A stretch of DNA of 63,998 nt, counting the filler, from Reticulomyxa filosa (Eukaryota > Protista > Foraminifera): the NCBI GenBank assembly GCA_000512085.1. It is 21 parts of 21 records of this genome, joined end to end, with 100 filler letters (N's around TTAATTAATTAA, not from the genome) between each part and the next. Parts side by side here need not be neighbours in the genome. Positions count along the whole stretch, not along the records: positions 32,994 to 36,734 come from ASPP01005686.1; positions 36,835 to 38,136 come from ASPP01042306.1; positions 38,237 to 40,491 come from ASPP01028000.1; positions 40,592 to 44,476 come from ASPP01043143.1; positions 44,577 to 48,489 come from ASPP01004468.1; positions 48,590 to 49,685 come from ASPP01028455.1; 15 more parts are not named here. One strand, 5' to 3'. Numbering within the stretch: position 1 is the first letter of the stretch; each line of letters starts with the position of its first letter. Below the pieces are notes generated by a model. It was not told where the DNA came from, searched no databases, and saw only the letters and a list, made by a program, of their open reading frames with translations. Both the position numbers and the translations under genes were made by a program. This document shows, in pieces, positions 35,770 through 48,941 of the stretch.

Positions 35770-36174
35770 ATGCCGTTATCAGACTGCAAGCTCATTGAGC
35801 TGCCTAAAATATCTGACCCACGAGGTAATCTTACCTTTGTAGAAAATGGCAATCACATACCATTTGATATCAAGCGTATTTATTATCTCTATGATGTGCC
35901 TGGTGGAGCGGAACGCGGCGGGCATGCCCACAAGGAATTAACTCAGCTGATTATCGCAACTTCTGGAAGTTTTGATGTTATTCTAGATGACGGTTTTGAT
36001 AAAAAACGCTTTCATCTCAATCGGCCATACCAAGGTTTGTTGGTTAAGCCCATGATGTGGCGAGAGTTAGATAACTTTTCATCCGGCTCCGTTTGCATGG
36101 TATTGGCATCAGATTTTTATACAGAGTCGGATTATTATCGAGATTATCAAGAATTTATTGGTGATGTTAAATGA
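35770..36174 (+). CDS. fdtA: dTDP-4-keto-6-deoxyhexose 3,4-ketoisomerase (FdtA/QdtA, WxcM C-terminal cupin)
   Basis: DPRGNLTFVE, IPFDIKRIYYLYDVP, RGGHAHK, MWREL..FS, LAS..Y.E.DYYRDY. GAGG RBS upstream. Confidence 0.92.
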   Translation: MPLSDCKLIELPKISDPRGNLTFVENGNHIPFDIKRIYYLYDVPGGAERGGHAHKELTQLIIATSGSFDVILDDGFDKKRFHLNRPYQGLLVKPMMWRELDNFSSGSVCMVLASDFYTESDYYRDYQEFIGDVK

Positions 36175-36734
36175 AAAATGCTATTCCCTTTTTGAATCTA
36201 CATGCGGCCTACAGTGAACTGAAAGATGAGATTGATAGTGCAGTATCAGCAGTACTGAATAGCGGCTGGTATGTGTTGGGTCCTGTCGTTGAAGAGTTCG
36301 AGAAAAACTTTGCTACCTACTCAAGCGCTAAGCATGCCATTGGTGTTGCTGATGGTCTGGATGGTCTTCATCTTGCACTAAGAGCAATGGGCATTGGCGC
36401 TGGTGATGAAGTCATTGTGCCTTCCAATACATTTATTGCTACATGGCTTGCTGTAAGTGAGTGTGGTGCGATTCCTGTTGCAGTAGAGCCCGACCCGGCT
36501 ACACATAACCTCGACCCATACAAAGTGGAACAGGCTATTACGCCACGTACCAAAGCCATTATTCCTGTGCACCTTTATGGTCAGCCTGCAGACCTCGATC
36601 CCATTTTACAGCTTGCTGATAAATATGACCTGTGGATACTTGAAGATGCTGCACAAGCACATGGTGCACGTTATAAAGGGCAGCGTATCGGTGCGCATGG
36701 TGATGCCGTAGCTTGGAGTTTTTACCCAGGCAAG
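36171..36734 (+). CDS. fdtB: DegT/DnrJ/EryC1/StrS PLP sugar aminotransferase (FdtB/QdtB-like), truncated by gap
   Basis: SGWYVLGP.VEEFE, GDEVIVPSNTFIAT, IIPVHLYGQPA, EDAAQAHGA and SFYPGK (PLP lysine). ATGA overlap with fdtA. Confidence 0.88.
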
Positions 36735-36834
36735 NNNNNNNNNNNNNNNNNNNNNNNNNNNNNNNNNNNNNNNNNNNNTTAATTAATTAANNNNNNNNNN
36801 NNNNNNNNNNNNNNNNNNNNNNNNNNNNNNNNNN

Positions 36835-37715
36835 CATTGCTTTATATAAAAAAAAAAAAAGAATATTATAGGGCAATTGAATATTATGAAAAAGTATTAA
36901 ATATTATATTAAATACATTGTGACCTGATCGCATTGATATTACTACTTCATACAACAATTTGGCAATTGCTTATAGAAATAAAGAAGAATATAATAGAGC
37001 AATTGAATATTATGAAAAAGCATTAAAAATTAAATTATATCAATTGGGACCTTATCATATTGATATCGTTGCTACATACAATTTTTTGGGATTTATTTAT
37101 GAAAATAAAGGTGATTATGACATGGCAATTGAATATCATAAAAAAATCATTAAAAATTCTTCGATGTAAAGTTGGATCTGATCATTTTTTAATTGTTTAT
37201 CAATATAAAGGTGAATATAATAATGCAATTACATATTATAAAAAATCATTGAAAATTATATTAAATAAATTTGGATCTAATCATCCTTTTATTGCTAACT
37301 CATACAATAATTTGGGATTTGTTTATGGAAGAAATGAAAATTCGACAAGGCAATTGAATATTGTAACAAATTATTAAAAATTATATTGGATAAATTGGGA
37401 TTTAATAATATTGAAGTTGTTAATTCATACAAAAATTTGGCATTAGTTTATTATGATAAACAAGAATATGATAAGGCAATGGAATTTGGAAAGAATGCAT
37501 TAGATTTGAGATTGAACAAATTATATTTTTATAATTCAGATATTGGTAATTTATATGATATTTTAGGATATATTAATTATAAAAAAGATGAAAAAATGGA
37601 AGCAATGAAATGTTATGAAAATACAATGTCGATTTATACTAAAAATTTTGGTGAAAATAATAAAAAAACACAAGAAGTAATACTAAAATTGAAAAATTTA
37701 TTTTGTGTTAAATAA
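36835..37715 (+). pseudogene. Degenerate 42-aa TPR-repeat gene (kinesin-light-chain/NPHP3-type TPR)
   Basis: Repeated SYNNL...Y..KGEY..AIEYY.K.L.I units, broken by an in-frame stop (~36921) and frameshifts (~37145, ~37345). Confidence 0.8.
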
Positions 37716-39039
37716 AGATTATTTTTTTGTTTACTCTTGTAATCAATTTACTTTAACTTATTGAAATTTGCAGAACATGCAATATTTTTGTGTTTGTTAA
37801 GAATATCTTGTAGATTCACATTGTAAGACAGAATTTTAATCATTTTGTATCAAATTTTTCTCTAAGTTTTGTGTTTTGTGAAATTCTTTGTTTAAACTCT
37901 TACGAACATTTCGCTATCAAACGACCAATCAAAATGATAATTGGTTTTTGGCAAAAAATTAAAAAAATTGCACTTTGCAACATTTAAGTCAAATTCAATT
38001 TCATTAACAACTGTATTATCCCCAAGAATTCACTCAACCTTATTTTAACATGTTATTGTTTTGCTTTTTTAGTTGGGGATGCATAACTACTATCGCTTGC
38101 TCCACTCAATCTTCTTTTTTTTCCTGGTTTTCTCACNNNNNNNNNNNNNNNNNNNNNNNNNNNNNNNNNNNNNNNNNNNNTTAATTAATTAANNNNNNNN
38201 NNNNNNNNNNNNNNNNNNNNNNNNNNNNNNNNNNNNCGCTTGCCACATTTATCAAGATGGAGATAACTAACATGAAAGAACAAATAGCAATAACACTTTT
38301 ATCTTTCAAAAAAGGATATTAACTCAACATTGGCAATCGCTGGCTTTCGCTTTTTTCACATCACCTTTTTTTTAAAAGGAAAATCAAGCTACTTAACATT
38401 AACAACATAAATAATTGAACTACACATAAAAACCTACTGAAAGACAACTTAAACAAGGCCAACATATTGCCTTAACTCCCTTTAGAAATTTGATAGAACA
38501 ACAAAGGCTGTAATGAATACACTCTGTTGGATATGTTAAACATAAATTGGAGATGAACAATGTAAGTGTTTAGAGTAGTAACAAAAATGAATGAATCAAA
38601 CAATTGTAATCAATCCTTTCACAATCATTCAAGAAATTACCAAGAAGTGTATTCAACGGTTGATGAAAAAAAGTATTTACTATTTATTACTTATTCAATT
38701 CACTCCATGAATTCCATTGCTTTGAAAACTTATTTTTCGAAATGTTTTTTTTGGATGTTTTTTTTTTAATGCATTACCTGATTATCAAAAGTTTACAATT
38801 TTTTAAACAATGTTTTTTTTTAAACTGACAACCAATCAGTTTAAGTTTTGTTCTTTCCAACTAAAAAAATACATTTATCCAAAAAAAAGCATTATTTCAA
38901 AAAAATATTAATGTATATAAACAGTTGTCACGCGTAACTGTGTTTTATTTTCTGGATCTAACGATCTATTTTGTGTCTCCTTTGCAATAAAAATGTAGCA
39001 GTTCTTCATAACGAATAAAAAAATAATGAATAATTCTAG

Positions 39040-39800
39040 GGGACGTGATATTGAAAAATCATCATCATTAGAGCATGAAGTACTTGAGGGAAGCACAAGC
39101 ACCTGGTAATAAAATTCAAAACGTCTGGAACAAAGCAGACACATATATGAATGAGTGGACAAAGGCGAAAGTGTTGACTCTATCAAACGAAGAAATATTG
39201 TCCGTGCGAGAAGCACTGAAGCTTGTGATAAAGAGTATGCTACCAATTGACAAAATAAGTGGAGGAAGTTGCTTTGTATTAGCGCAGAATGTGTGCTGTC
39301 AAAAAATGTTTTTGGACACACTGGTTTTATGGTATCATCGCAAAATTGAACATTTGTAAGTTGTACATTCATTGAAAATGATCGACGGTCTCAAAAAATG
39401 GACATTGGTTTGAATGAAATCAAGGAAAACTACAAAACGGTTTGCAAATTGAATGCTCGAGATAAACGAAGAAAAGCTGTCCATTTGCACTTTGAAGAAA
39501 TTCATTCGTTTGGCGGACAATTGTGAACGCTAAAAAAGGCAAGGTTGCCATTTTGTGATTGTCAGCTTCCCGAAATTTGTCAATTTGTTGGTGGATGCCC
39601 ACGATTATTTGCACTACCAAGAGCTCCATGACGATGCTAAGCAACAAGTGTTGGCTGAATACGGAAGCGAAAGAAAAGTAATTGAAATGGTTCTCCGGAT
39701 TGAAAAAATAGACGATTGCGAATGGTGATACAAAGATCCATGCATCTAACAAAACAAAGTGAAAATGTTGTCCTCGCCACGCAATCACTTTATTATAATC
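39040..39800 (+). pseudogene. Degenerate coding remnant, family not recognised
   Basis: Coding-like composition with protein-like stretches (KYLREAQAPGNKIQNVWNKADTY...) interrupted by several stops. Confidence 0.3.
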
Positions 39801-41949
39801 ATCACCTTCAACGCATCCTTCCAATGTGCAAATGGTAAACAGATTTATCGTACAAATACATTTAAAAACACATCGGTTCATTGAAGGTTCCTGTAAAGTT
39901 CTTTGAACAAATTCACGGACATAACCCGACGCAATGGCCGGAACATTTGGACGACTTTGTAAATAATATGTTGACTGATTTGTATGCGATAGAAGACATT
40001 TGTTGAACGAGTTTTTTGAAAAGTGTATATATTCCACATGAGAATAGCTGAATGTACAATTTCAAATTAATTATTTCATAAAAAAAACAAATACAACAAC
40101 GGTGTTATAACAACTTATTTGTTATTAGTTCATATGCAATTTTCAATCTAAAGCCATGAACATCTTATTGTTCAAAATCTGGATTGATGTCATCAAATAG
40201 ACAATCCATAAACTTACACGTAAAGTACACAATCAAAATTATTCTTTTGCAATGGAATGCTGGAAGGCATATAATAACTCCATTCTTCTTTCATTGTCAA
40301 TTTTTTGTTATTTATTTCATCTTCGATACATCTTTTGAAAAGATCATAAAGTTTTGTATGATCAGTGTTTATTGAATTGTAAACTTCAATTCTCTTCTTT
40401 CGAATATTAATGCAAATACAAAATCAATAATCATTCATGTTTATTATAACTATGATTTTATCCAAATCAAAAATTGTTTTGCCTAGTTTGANNNNNNNNN
40501 NNNNNNNNNNNNNNNNNNNNNNNNNNNNNNNNNNNTTAATTAATTAANNNNNNNNNNNNNNNNNNNNNNNNNNNNNNNNNNNNNNNNNNNNAAAAAAAAA
40601 AAAAAAATTGCCTTACAAAACAATCCTTTTCCCCTTGCACACATCACAGAAAAATCTTTTGATTCTTTTGTGCAAAAAACGAAAAAAAAAAATCACTCGA
40701 TGTGTGTGCTTAGCAAATAGATGCACTGTGTGAGTGCATATTTGGTGTTTGTGTTGTGCAATTTTTTTTTTTTGTCATATGCATCAATGTGTCGTCTGCT
40801 TTTGTGTTTGTTTTTTGTCATGTATGTCCTTATGTTTACCTCGTTCTTATTTTTATTTCGTTCCTATTTCTATTTTCGTTGTTTCGTACTTTCAAAATAT
40901 TTGAACTTTTCTTTTTTCGTTCTTATGTTGCTTTGGGACTGTTTAGATTTTAGGAGTATAATTAAACAACAAAGGATCTGACCAAACAGCCTTTGCAACT
41001 TTCCAAAAAACCCACGACATTTTTTTTCTACTGATAACAAGACGATCTCATGAACACTTGGCATTAAAATTGCATGTTGCATTTAACAACTCTGTCATAT
41101 TTTGACACATCACACTTTTATTATTAATATCTAATGATTTTTCCAAATAATCTTATGTTCCAATTTGAAATAAATATATCCCAAATTATGGAAACAGTCG
41201 CTCAAATAAATATTGTCTACTTCCGATTGTGCCGAATAAATATTCAATTCTTTTTCAAAATAATAAATCGCTTTTTCAAATTAAAACATATCTGATTAAT
41301 ATTTAGCATGATTGTAATATTATAAATTCAATGTTGGCTTTTTTTGATAGTTAATTATTACGTCAAAGAGTATTTGGAAAGGTTTTTTGTGAGTTATGTG
41401 AAATAAAACAGCAGTGCTGTTTAGTATCAAGCTGGAAAAAGAATGGGAGTTTGAGACTACTTTTTTTTTGGTTTTATTTAATAAATATAAAATTTGTAAA
41501 ATATTAACATCCATTATTTATACATACAAATGAACGTTATTTTTTTCTTTAGGAAAGTTCTTCTTTTTGTCAAAAATCGATGTCCCTCTTTTGGTGTTTT
41601 AGTTTAGTTGTGTTGACGTTCCGGTATATTTTTGTGGTTTATTGGACCGAAATATATGTTACAAACTCGTATTGGAAATGTCCATCATGCAAATATTCAT
41701 GATCAAATATTTGAACCTTTGGAGCACGACTATATTGAATGATCTTAATTTTTCAAATCTTCAATGAATCACTACGTTTATTTTCAGAATGAACTTCTCA
41801 AGAAAATCATAAACCAGTAATTATTTTTTATTAATTTGGTTTATCAACAATACAAAAAACGTAGTCATTAATTTCACATTTTCCCCTCCCTTTCTTTTGC
41901 AAAAAAGTATCAATAATTTTATGTTTACACGTTATTTTATCTACATTCA

Positions 41950-44400
41950 TTAGTTATCATTATTTTTGTCTTGTGGTGCAACTGTAGCTTGATCTTTTTT
42001 ATCAATCGAAGCAGTCGGAGAGTATAAATTTTGTGACTCTTCGGTCATCTTTTTCCAACTGGAGAGATTGTTTCGAAGAGTATCAAGACATTCTTTACTG
42101 TCCAGACATAAATTGGTGAAGCTTTCCAAAAATGGGACAATGACAAACTGCAAAAAGCCAATTTGCACTTTTGCAATTTGGGCTGCTGATGAGTGACGAT
42201 CCATCATCGGCGTTACTGGGATTCCTAGTTGCCTCTCTTCATCTCCCTAAGCAAGCTCAAGCACCAAACATAGTCGCGTAGATACACAATATTTTCAAAC
42301 CAAAACAGATTGAGAAGAGTGGACCTGGCAATAAAATTCTTCCATAACACGATATGCCCAAGCTTTAGCAATTTCCCATGGCTTAGCAGGATTGGATACA
42401 TCTGCCAAATGCACAACAATTTCCATCAAAAAAAAGCGCTCATTAACAATGCCATCGACGCGCAATGGACTATCTTCAGAAACGATATCTTCAACAATGG
42501 CTTGGTTGGGATGTAACAAAGCAAATCCATCATCTTCAATTTTGGATAAATCTGCCAATGGCGGACAATCCATCAATCGAAACAATGGAGTCAGGCACAG
42601 TTGTTCATAGATATCCATTTCATTTTTACTTTCTTCCATGATAGTCATTGATCTTTTATTATTATTATTATTTTTTAATTTTAGGGACAATAAAATCGCT
42701 AAACAAACAAAACAAACAAAAAAACGCATGCGTATTTTACATACGTATGCAAAATATGTGTACCTTAATACTTTGACAATTTCATTTAAGTTGGCCATAT
42801 TGGTACCGTGATGTTTCATGTCAGTCCCTAAAATGATTTGTCGAATTAAAACGCCGAGATACCTTCGAACGGACAATGGATGCGATTGCATCCAATTGCA
42901 GTCGGTTTGAGACAAAATGCGGAACGTCTCACTGACGTGATAGTTTTCCAACAACGAAGCGTCTCCATAGAGCAGCGCCAAATTCGAGGCCGTAGCCAAA
43001 TGAAACGCATTATTGAATCCATCATGTCCAACATCATGGACCATTGCAGCGACGTACCCTCCAAATTCATCCCAAATTGTCATGTGTGACTATTTTTTTT
43101 TTTTTTTTTTTTTGGTCAATACAAAAATAAAATACCCAGGGTTGTGAGATATTGCGTGTGATGTCGTAACTTTCATAAAGCGAGTCTTCAAGTAATAATA
43201 GGTGGAAACAAGGACATCGCAAGCATGGTAGTGATTATGATAAGGATTGTTACGGTACCCTTTTTGGACTTGATAGGAAAAGTTCCAAAACCTGTCCGCG
43301 TCAATTTCACAGCACTCCAAGAGTCCGGTATATTTGCAAATATGAAACGCCATTAGCGTTAGTCCAAGACCATACGTTTCAGGATCGTTGATGAATTCAA
43401 ACGCATCAAATTCCCATTTGTTGATTTTGTCATGATATTTGCTCATTACATCGCCTATCTCACTATAGCGTCGTAAGGAGGATGTCTGTGCGTCCAACTT
43501 TTTTTTTTTTTAATAAAAAAAAAAAAAAGGTAATATTAAATAAATCAAAAAATAATAAAAGATATAAATGTATATATATATATGTATATATACATAAATA
43601 AATATATAAGGTAACATGGAACGTTGGATTGAACAGGCTGAAGTGTGACCAAGGCCGGTACTCCCTTTGGTGGCTGTAGAAGATGCGGAGACGACGAAAC
43701 GGTGGAATAGTTTGTGGCAATGGAACCTCCGCGCAAAAGGACAGTGGGCATACTGTCCCACTTTTTAATGCTTACCAATGACGAAAAATTCCTTCCCGTT
43801 TGGTTAAAAAACCCAGCTCTTTGGGAACCCATTGACACATTGCCCTGTCCAAGCAGCGAAACGCCTTTGGACACGCTCAATTCGCTCATTAAGTCACTAT
43901 CGGAGTCGAAATTCAATTCTGTGGTATGCTTTTCGTCGTTATCACTCCAATTGTCATTTTCATTGATATTGCTATTTTGATTGGCATTATTGATATTATT
44001 AGCGTTAGTAGCATTAGCAGCATTAGTAGCATTGATATTGATCGTGATTGAATTATCAATATTATTATTATCATTATTATCATTATTATCATTGTTATTA
44101 TTATTCTTGTTATTGTTGGCAGTGTTGGCAGTGTTGGCATTGTCAAAGGTGTTTGCATCTGTCGCTAATTTGAGCGCGGTCATGTCTAGTGAGTTGGTCT
44201 CGCTGGGCTCCTTTTTTGGGAAGACACGTTTGAATACGCGATTTTTCAGACGATCGTCTAAATTGGCATAGGACACACGATACGAAGGTGACGACGCATC
44301 TTTGTGCGTGGGATTCAGCATCGATGTCAGAGAGAACGGAGTGACCACGCCCGTTAAGGACTGGCTCAGCTTGGAGCTTCGTCTTCGTTTCAGCACAGAG
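41950..44400 (-). CDS. Class I 3',5'-cyclic nucleotide phosphodiesterase, multi-exon, 5' end in gap
   Basis: WEFDAF, YRNNPYHNHYHACDV, AAMVHDVGHDGFNNAF, LENYH, ILGTDMKHH, HLADVSNPAKPW, EEFYCQ|GDEE, MMDR and QIGFLQFV cover the full PDEase_I motif set. Confidence 0.95.
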
Positions 44401-44442
44401 TCCTATTTATGTTCAGTTTGTCATGATCGTCAATTATGTTTT

Positions 44443-44475
<33 letters not shown>

Positions 44476-44628
44476 CNNNNNNNNNNNNNNNNNNNNNNNN
44501 NNNNNNNNNNNNNNNNNNNNTTAATTAATTAANNNNNNNNNNNNNNNNNNNNNNNNNNNNNNNNNNNNNNNNNNNNTTATATATATTTATATATATTTAT
44601 ATATATTTATATATTTATATTTATTAAG

Positions 44629-45330
44629 ATGCTTGAACATTGGATGAAACGCTCGAATGTAAATCGGAAACCCTTTCAATTGTTTTCTTGCCGTTGGCAA
44701 TTGGAAAAACACCATGTTGAGCCTGTGAATGGATTGTCCATTGGCAACTCGCTAATGGTGTCCGGCAGTGATGATGGTACTATTGTTCTGCACGATTTGT
44801 ATCAGACCTTTGCCGATCAAATCAAATTCACCAAATATGGCCTCGACGATGGGGACGCTCCCGAGTCATCGGCTTATACCAATGGAGGCGACTCAACTCC
44901 GAGTGGTGATCATCCCACCTTCGATTCCACTCCTTCCTCCTTCCCTCCCATTAAAAAAACTTCTGCCAATGACCAACACATGCAAGACAATTCGCCCATC
45001 ACGTTGGCACGAATCAGTCAGCCACACAAACGCCGTATGGTCACAAGCATTGCACTCACACACAACTACCAAGACGATATGATGATGATCCCTACTGGAG
45101 GGTTGTATTTAGTCAGCTCTGGCGCAGATCATCGCGTTGTTTGTACAGCCGTCACAGGTACGTTCCACGCTACAAATTCTTTTTTTTTTTTTTGGTTTTG
45201 TTTCGATTTTGTGTTTTGTATCACAAATTTATTAAAGACGTTATCAGAGAAGCTCTACGAAAGAAATTATATGAACGAAAGGGAGCAGCGCCTGGGGTCT
45301 AACGAAGAACTTTTTTTCTTTTTTTTTTTT
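44629..45330 (+). CDS. WD40-repeat protein C-terminal fragment
   Basis: HVEPVNGLSIGNSLMVSGSDDGTIVLHDL and VTSIAL...LVSSGADHRV. Confidence 0.6.
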
Positions 45331-46335
45331 GCGCTGACAGTTGTGGGGTCTTCTTGTTTTGCTGTTCGATTTATTGAACTTTCGTTTTTTTGTTTTTTTT
45401 ACGTTTTACTTTTCTTATTTTGTTTTTGTCTTTCCCCAACCGAGCAATGATTTTTTTTTTTCTTTGTTACACTCTTCGTCTTCCCCTTCTTCCAAGTGAT
45501 TATTTTCAAAGTTGCTGACTTGCTTCAGTTGATTTTTTCTTGGTGAGTCTCTGGACTAATTGTGGTGGATTAAATATCGACATGCCTTTCTCTCCCAATG
45601 GCTGCCCTCTTTGTCCTTTTTCAATGACTTGAATGTGTTTTGAATGATTGTCTTTTTTTTGTTGTTGACTTTGTTTTTGAAAAACAGTTGAGCACATTGG
45701 TGGCAAGAAATTGTAAATCATTTGCATTTGTTTGAATTGATGGGGGTGTTACAATTGAACAGATTTACATGTTGTGAATTTTGCAATCGATCTCTTTTTG
45801 AGCTGTTTGGAATACGCGATCCACAAGTTAACAGTACATGAAACTTGTCAAATACAAGCAATAAGAAAAAACAAGACGAATGAATCAATCAATGAAAGTT
45901 TCTGTGGGTAATTGTTTGTTGAAAATGGTAATTTATTTCATTTTTATCAAAAAAATTATGTATTGTCAAGCAAAAAAAATAATGAGCTGAAACTGTAATA
46001 AAAAATGTTTTCAAAGCAATATGTACGAACAAGGACAGGAGATTCCATTTTTAAACTTTTTAAAATAAATTCGAAAATTCACTGCTGCAACAAATGAACA
46101 AATCGAAAACTATCGAAAAGACGGATAAAATTACTAAAATTCAAACATTGAAAGTGGTACAACATCCAAAAAAAGTGAATCTCTCAACATTATTAAATTT
46201 GACTGTCAAAACAGGAGAACTCCAACTCCAAAGCGATCTGTTTTCTGTGTTTGTACAATAACCTAGAAAGAGAAATGAGAAGCTGGCAACACCCAACAAC
46301 AAAAAACGTATGCAACGTCAGCAACTTTGACTTGA

Positions 46336-47718
46336 TTACAAGCAAACCAGCATAACAGAGACATTGTCGAGAGTTCTTCTCTTGTCAATAGCAAAACGAA
46401 CGAGCTGCTCCATAGTTTCCGCAGCAGCACGTTTATAATTATCGTGAGCATAAATTTGCGGCCATGTCTGAACGCCTAACTTTTGGCACATATTATCAGT
46501 GATATACTCGACCACCTCCGTGTCGGTCATGACATCAAACAGCCCATCGCAAGCAAGCAACAGAAAGTCATCCCGGCCGTCTACGCCAATATCCGTGCAA
46601 GTGACATAAGGCAAGATACTGACAGGAGGTTTGAGCAAGTGATCTCCAAAAGCGCGCGTGACAGCAAGTAGCCCATTGACACGTTGTTGTCGGTTGACAA
46701 AGCCATGTCTTTTCTTAATGAGCATTGCTTCCTTGCTATCGCTGGGCTTATGATCTTCGCTCAGCCTTACCGCCTTATTGGCCCGGCATAAAACAGCGCG
46801 TGCATCGCCAACATTGGCCACGCAAATCTGCCGACATTTCCGGACGGGGTCATAGCGAACGATACAAACAACCGCCGTTGCGCCACTTTGAAACATTTTT
46901 TGTCGCAAGATTTGTTTATCGGTAATGCTGAACACATCCTCGAACATTTTTTCAACTTGTTTGGCATCCAACCAGTTCATGTCCACTTGCTTCAAATAGT
47001 GGTGAATATTCCAATGCAGCGTCTTGCTCAGGAATTCCGACACCGCTTCTCCGCCATGGCCATCGGCGATCATGAAATACCCCAAATTAAACTCGCGCGA
47101 AAGCCACATGAAATGGTTATCTTCCATCGATTGTCGCTTCCCTGTGTCGTGGTGTTCGCATGCAAACTCCACGCATTTTGATTCACCCCAGGCAATTCGC
47201 ATTTCGCTCGATGCGATTTTCGACTTGTACTGACGCGTTCAATTCCTTGTCCACTTCCGACAGCTTCGATTCCAAATACTCGTTCAGCTTCTTTAAGTCG
47301 ATTACAATCTTCCCTTTCAATACCATGTAATCCTGCTTGCTGCTTTTGTATTCGAAACCTATCGTTTCCAACAGCTTTGTCGATCCTTTCAAATGCCCCA
47401 AACGCACTTGGAAGTTCAAATTCGTTAGGCAAATCTCGCGGTACTTCTCCTCATCTGGCGACTTTATCAGGTTCTTTACGTACACATGCAATACTTCAAT
47501 ACCCTCTTTCACGTCCACTGCACAGTTCTCTTTTATTAACACATTCTCCATGCATTCTTTGAATATGTCCAACTTTGCGTTTTTTGTTTGTTCCATTGCA
47601 CCGCTTCAAAAATCAACATCATTTTCATTCGACCACCAAAAAAAAAAAATGATAAAAAAAAAGAAGAAAAAATTACTTCATCTCCAGCAGAACCAAGCTC
47701 CAACTCTAGCGCTTGCAT
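46336..47718 (-). CDS. PUB/PUG domain followed by PP2C (PPM) phosphatase; probable single gene with a frameshift near 47232
   Basis: PUB: IEVLHVYVKNLIKSPDEEKYREICLTNLNFQVRLG..GSTKLLETIGF. PP2C: RQSMED, ADGHGG, SGATA, ANVGDARAVL, LSEDHKP, RVNGLLAVTRAFGD, LACDGLFDV, DNVSV. Confidence 0.88.
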
Positions 47719-48111
47719 GATCGCTTGCAATAAAGGGGGAGGGAAAAAGAAAAAAATTTGTTTCAAAAAAACCTCAAGTCTTTAGACAGTGTTTGCTGAT
47801 TAATATCTTGATATAGCATTGCTAGACTATTCCATTTTCCATATGTCAAGTAAAGTTATAATCTGCTCAGGTGTGATAAATAGTTTTTTGGAAAAATACA
47901 ATGTCCAGAAGATATGTTGTTGATGACAATAAAAAAATTATCATTTCTCATCAACGGAGATACAAAGATATCTACTTATTAAAGTTTAAATAAAATTGTG
48001 TTTGTTCTTTAATCCCTTTTTTTTTTTAAATACATATTTTGAAAACTAACCAGGATGTATACAAATTCATTTTATTACATATGTAATGAACATGTTAAAG
48101 TTGTAGGAGGT

Positions 48112-48400
48112 ATGCAAAGTGAACCAGAATCAGGAAAGTACGAAACAGAAATGAAAGCACTGGTGAAGTTGTATGGTGACGTAATGAAAGAAGAAGAGCT
48201 GAAGAAATATATTTACCAAAACAATGGAAACGTATCAATGGTGATTGAACAAATCACTACTATATTACTTAATCAGAAAGTTATTTCACTTTCGCATAAA
48301 AATACAATCCATTTAGATATTATTTTTTGCACTGCAAAAATAAACAGATTGCTGTCCAAGATCCAGCCGAAGAGAAAAAAACTGAACAAGTTAAGATTAT
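48112..48400 (+). CDS. 5' fragment of a hypothetical protein with a short helical (UBA/CUE-like) N-terminus
   Basis: MQSEPESGKYETEMKALVKLYGDVM..ELKKYIYQNNGNVSMVIEQI, followed by small GT-AG introns and the gap. Confidence 0.4.
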
Positions 48401-48450
48401 CGTAATTCGATTTCATTTTTCTTACATTCTATTTTGACATAAATAATAAC

Positions 48451-48489
<39 letters not shown>

Positions 48490-48941
48490 NNNNNNNNNNN
48501 NNNNNNNNNNNNNNNNNNNNNNNNNNNNNNNNNTTAATTAATTAANNNNNNNNNNNNNNNNNNNNNNNNNNNNNNNNNNNNNNNNNNNNTGCAATTTCCG
48601 CACCTGCAACAAAAGATTACGGACAGACAATGCTATTTTTACAATCGCATAAAGTTTGTGATATTTTGGGTTGCTCAAAAAAGGTACAAACTATCACAAG
48701 ATGAAAGTATTATATGTCCGGTATCTTTAGTATGCTCAATAATGCGTCAAGTGAAAAAAGCAATGTTCAATTATTTATATCAAATGTAAATAATAAACAA
48801 TGCTTTTACATCAATTGCTGGTAACATTAATCTTCGTTTTTTTCAAAGTGTTGTGATCTAATGTTAAGTAATGTGTTAATACTTTATCTCCATCTCTAAC
48901 ATCTGATCAATACAAACAAAATAGACTGGTCCAATACAAGA

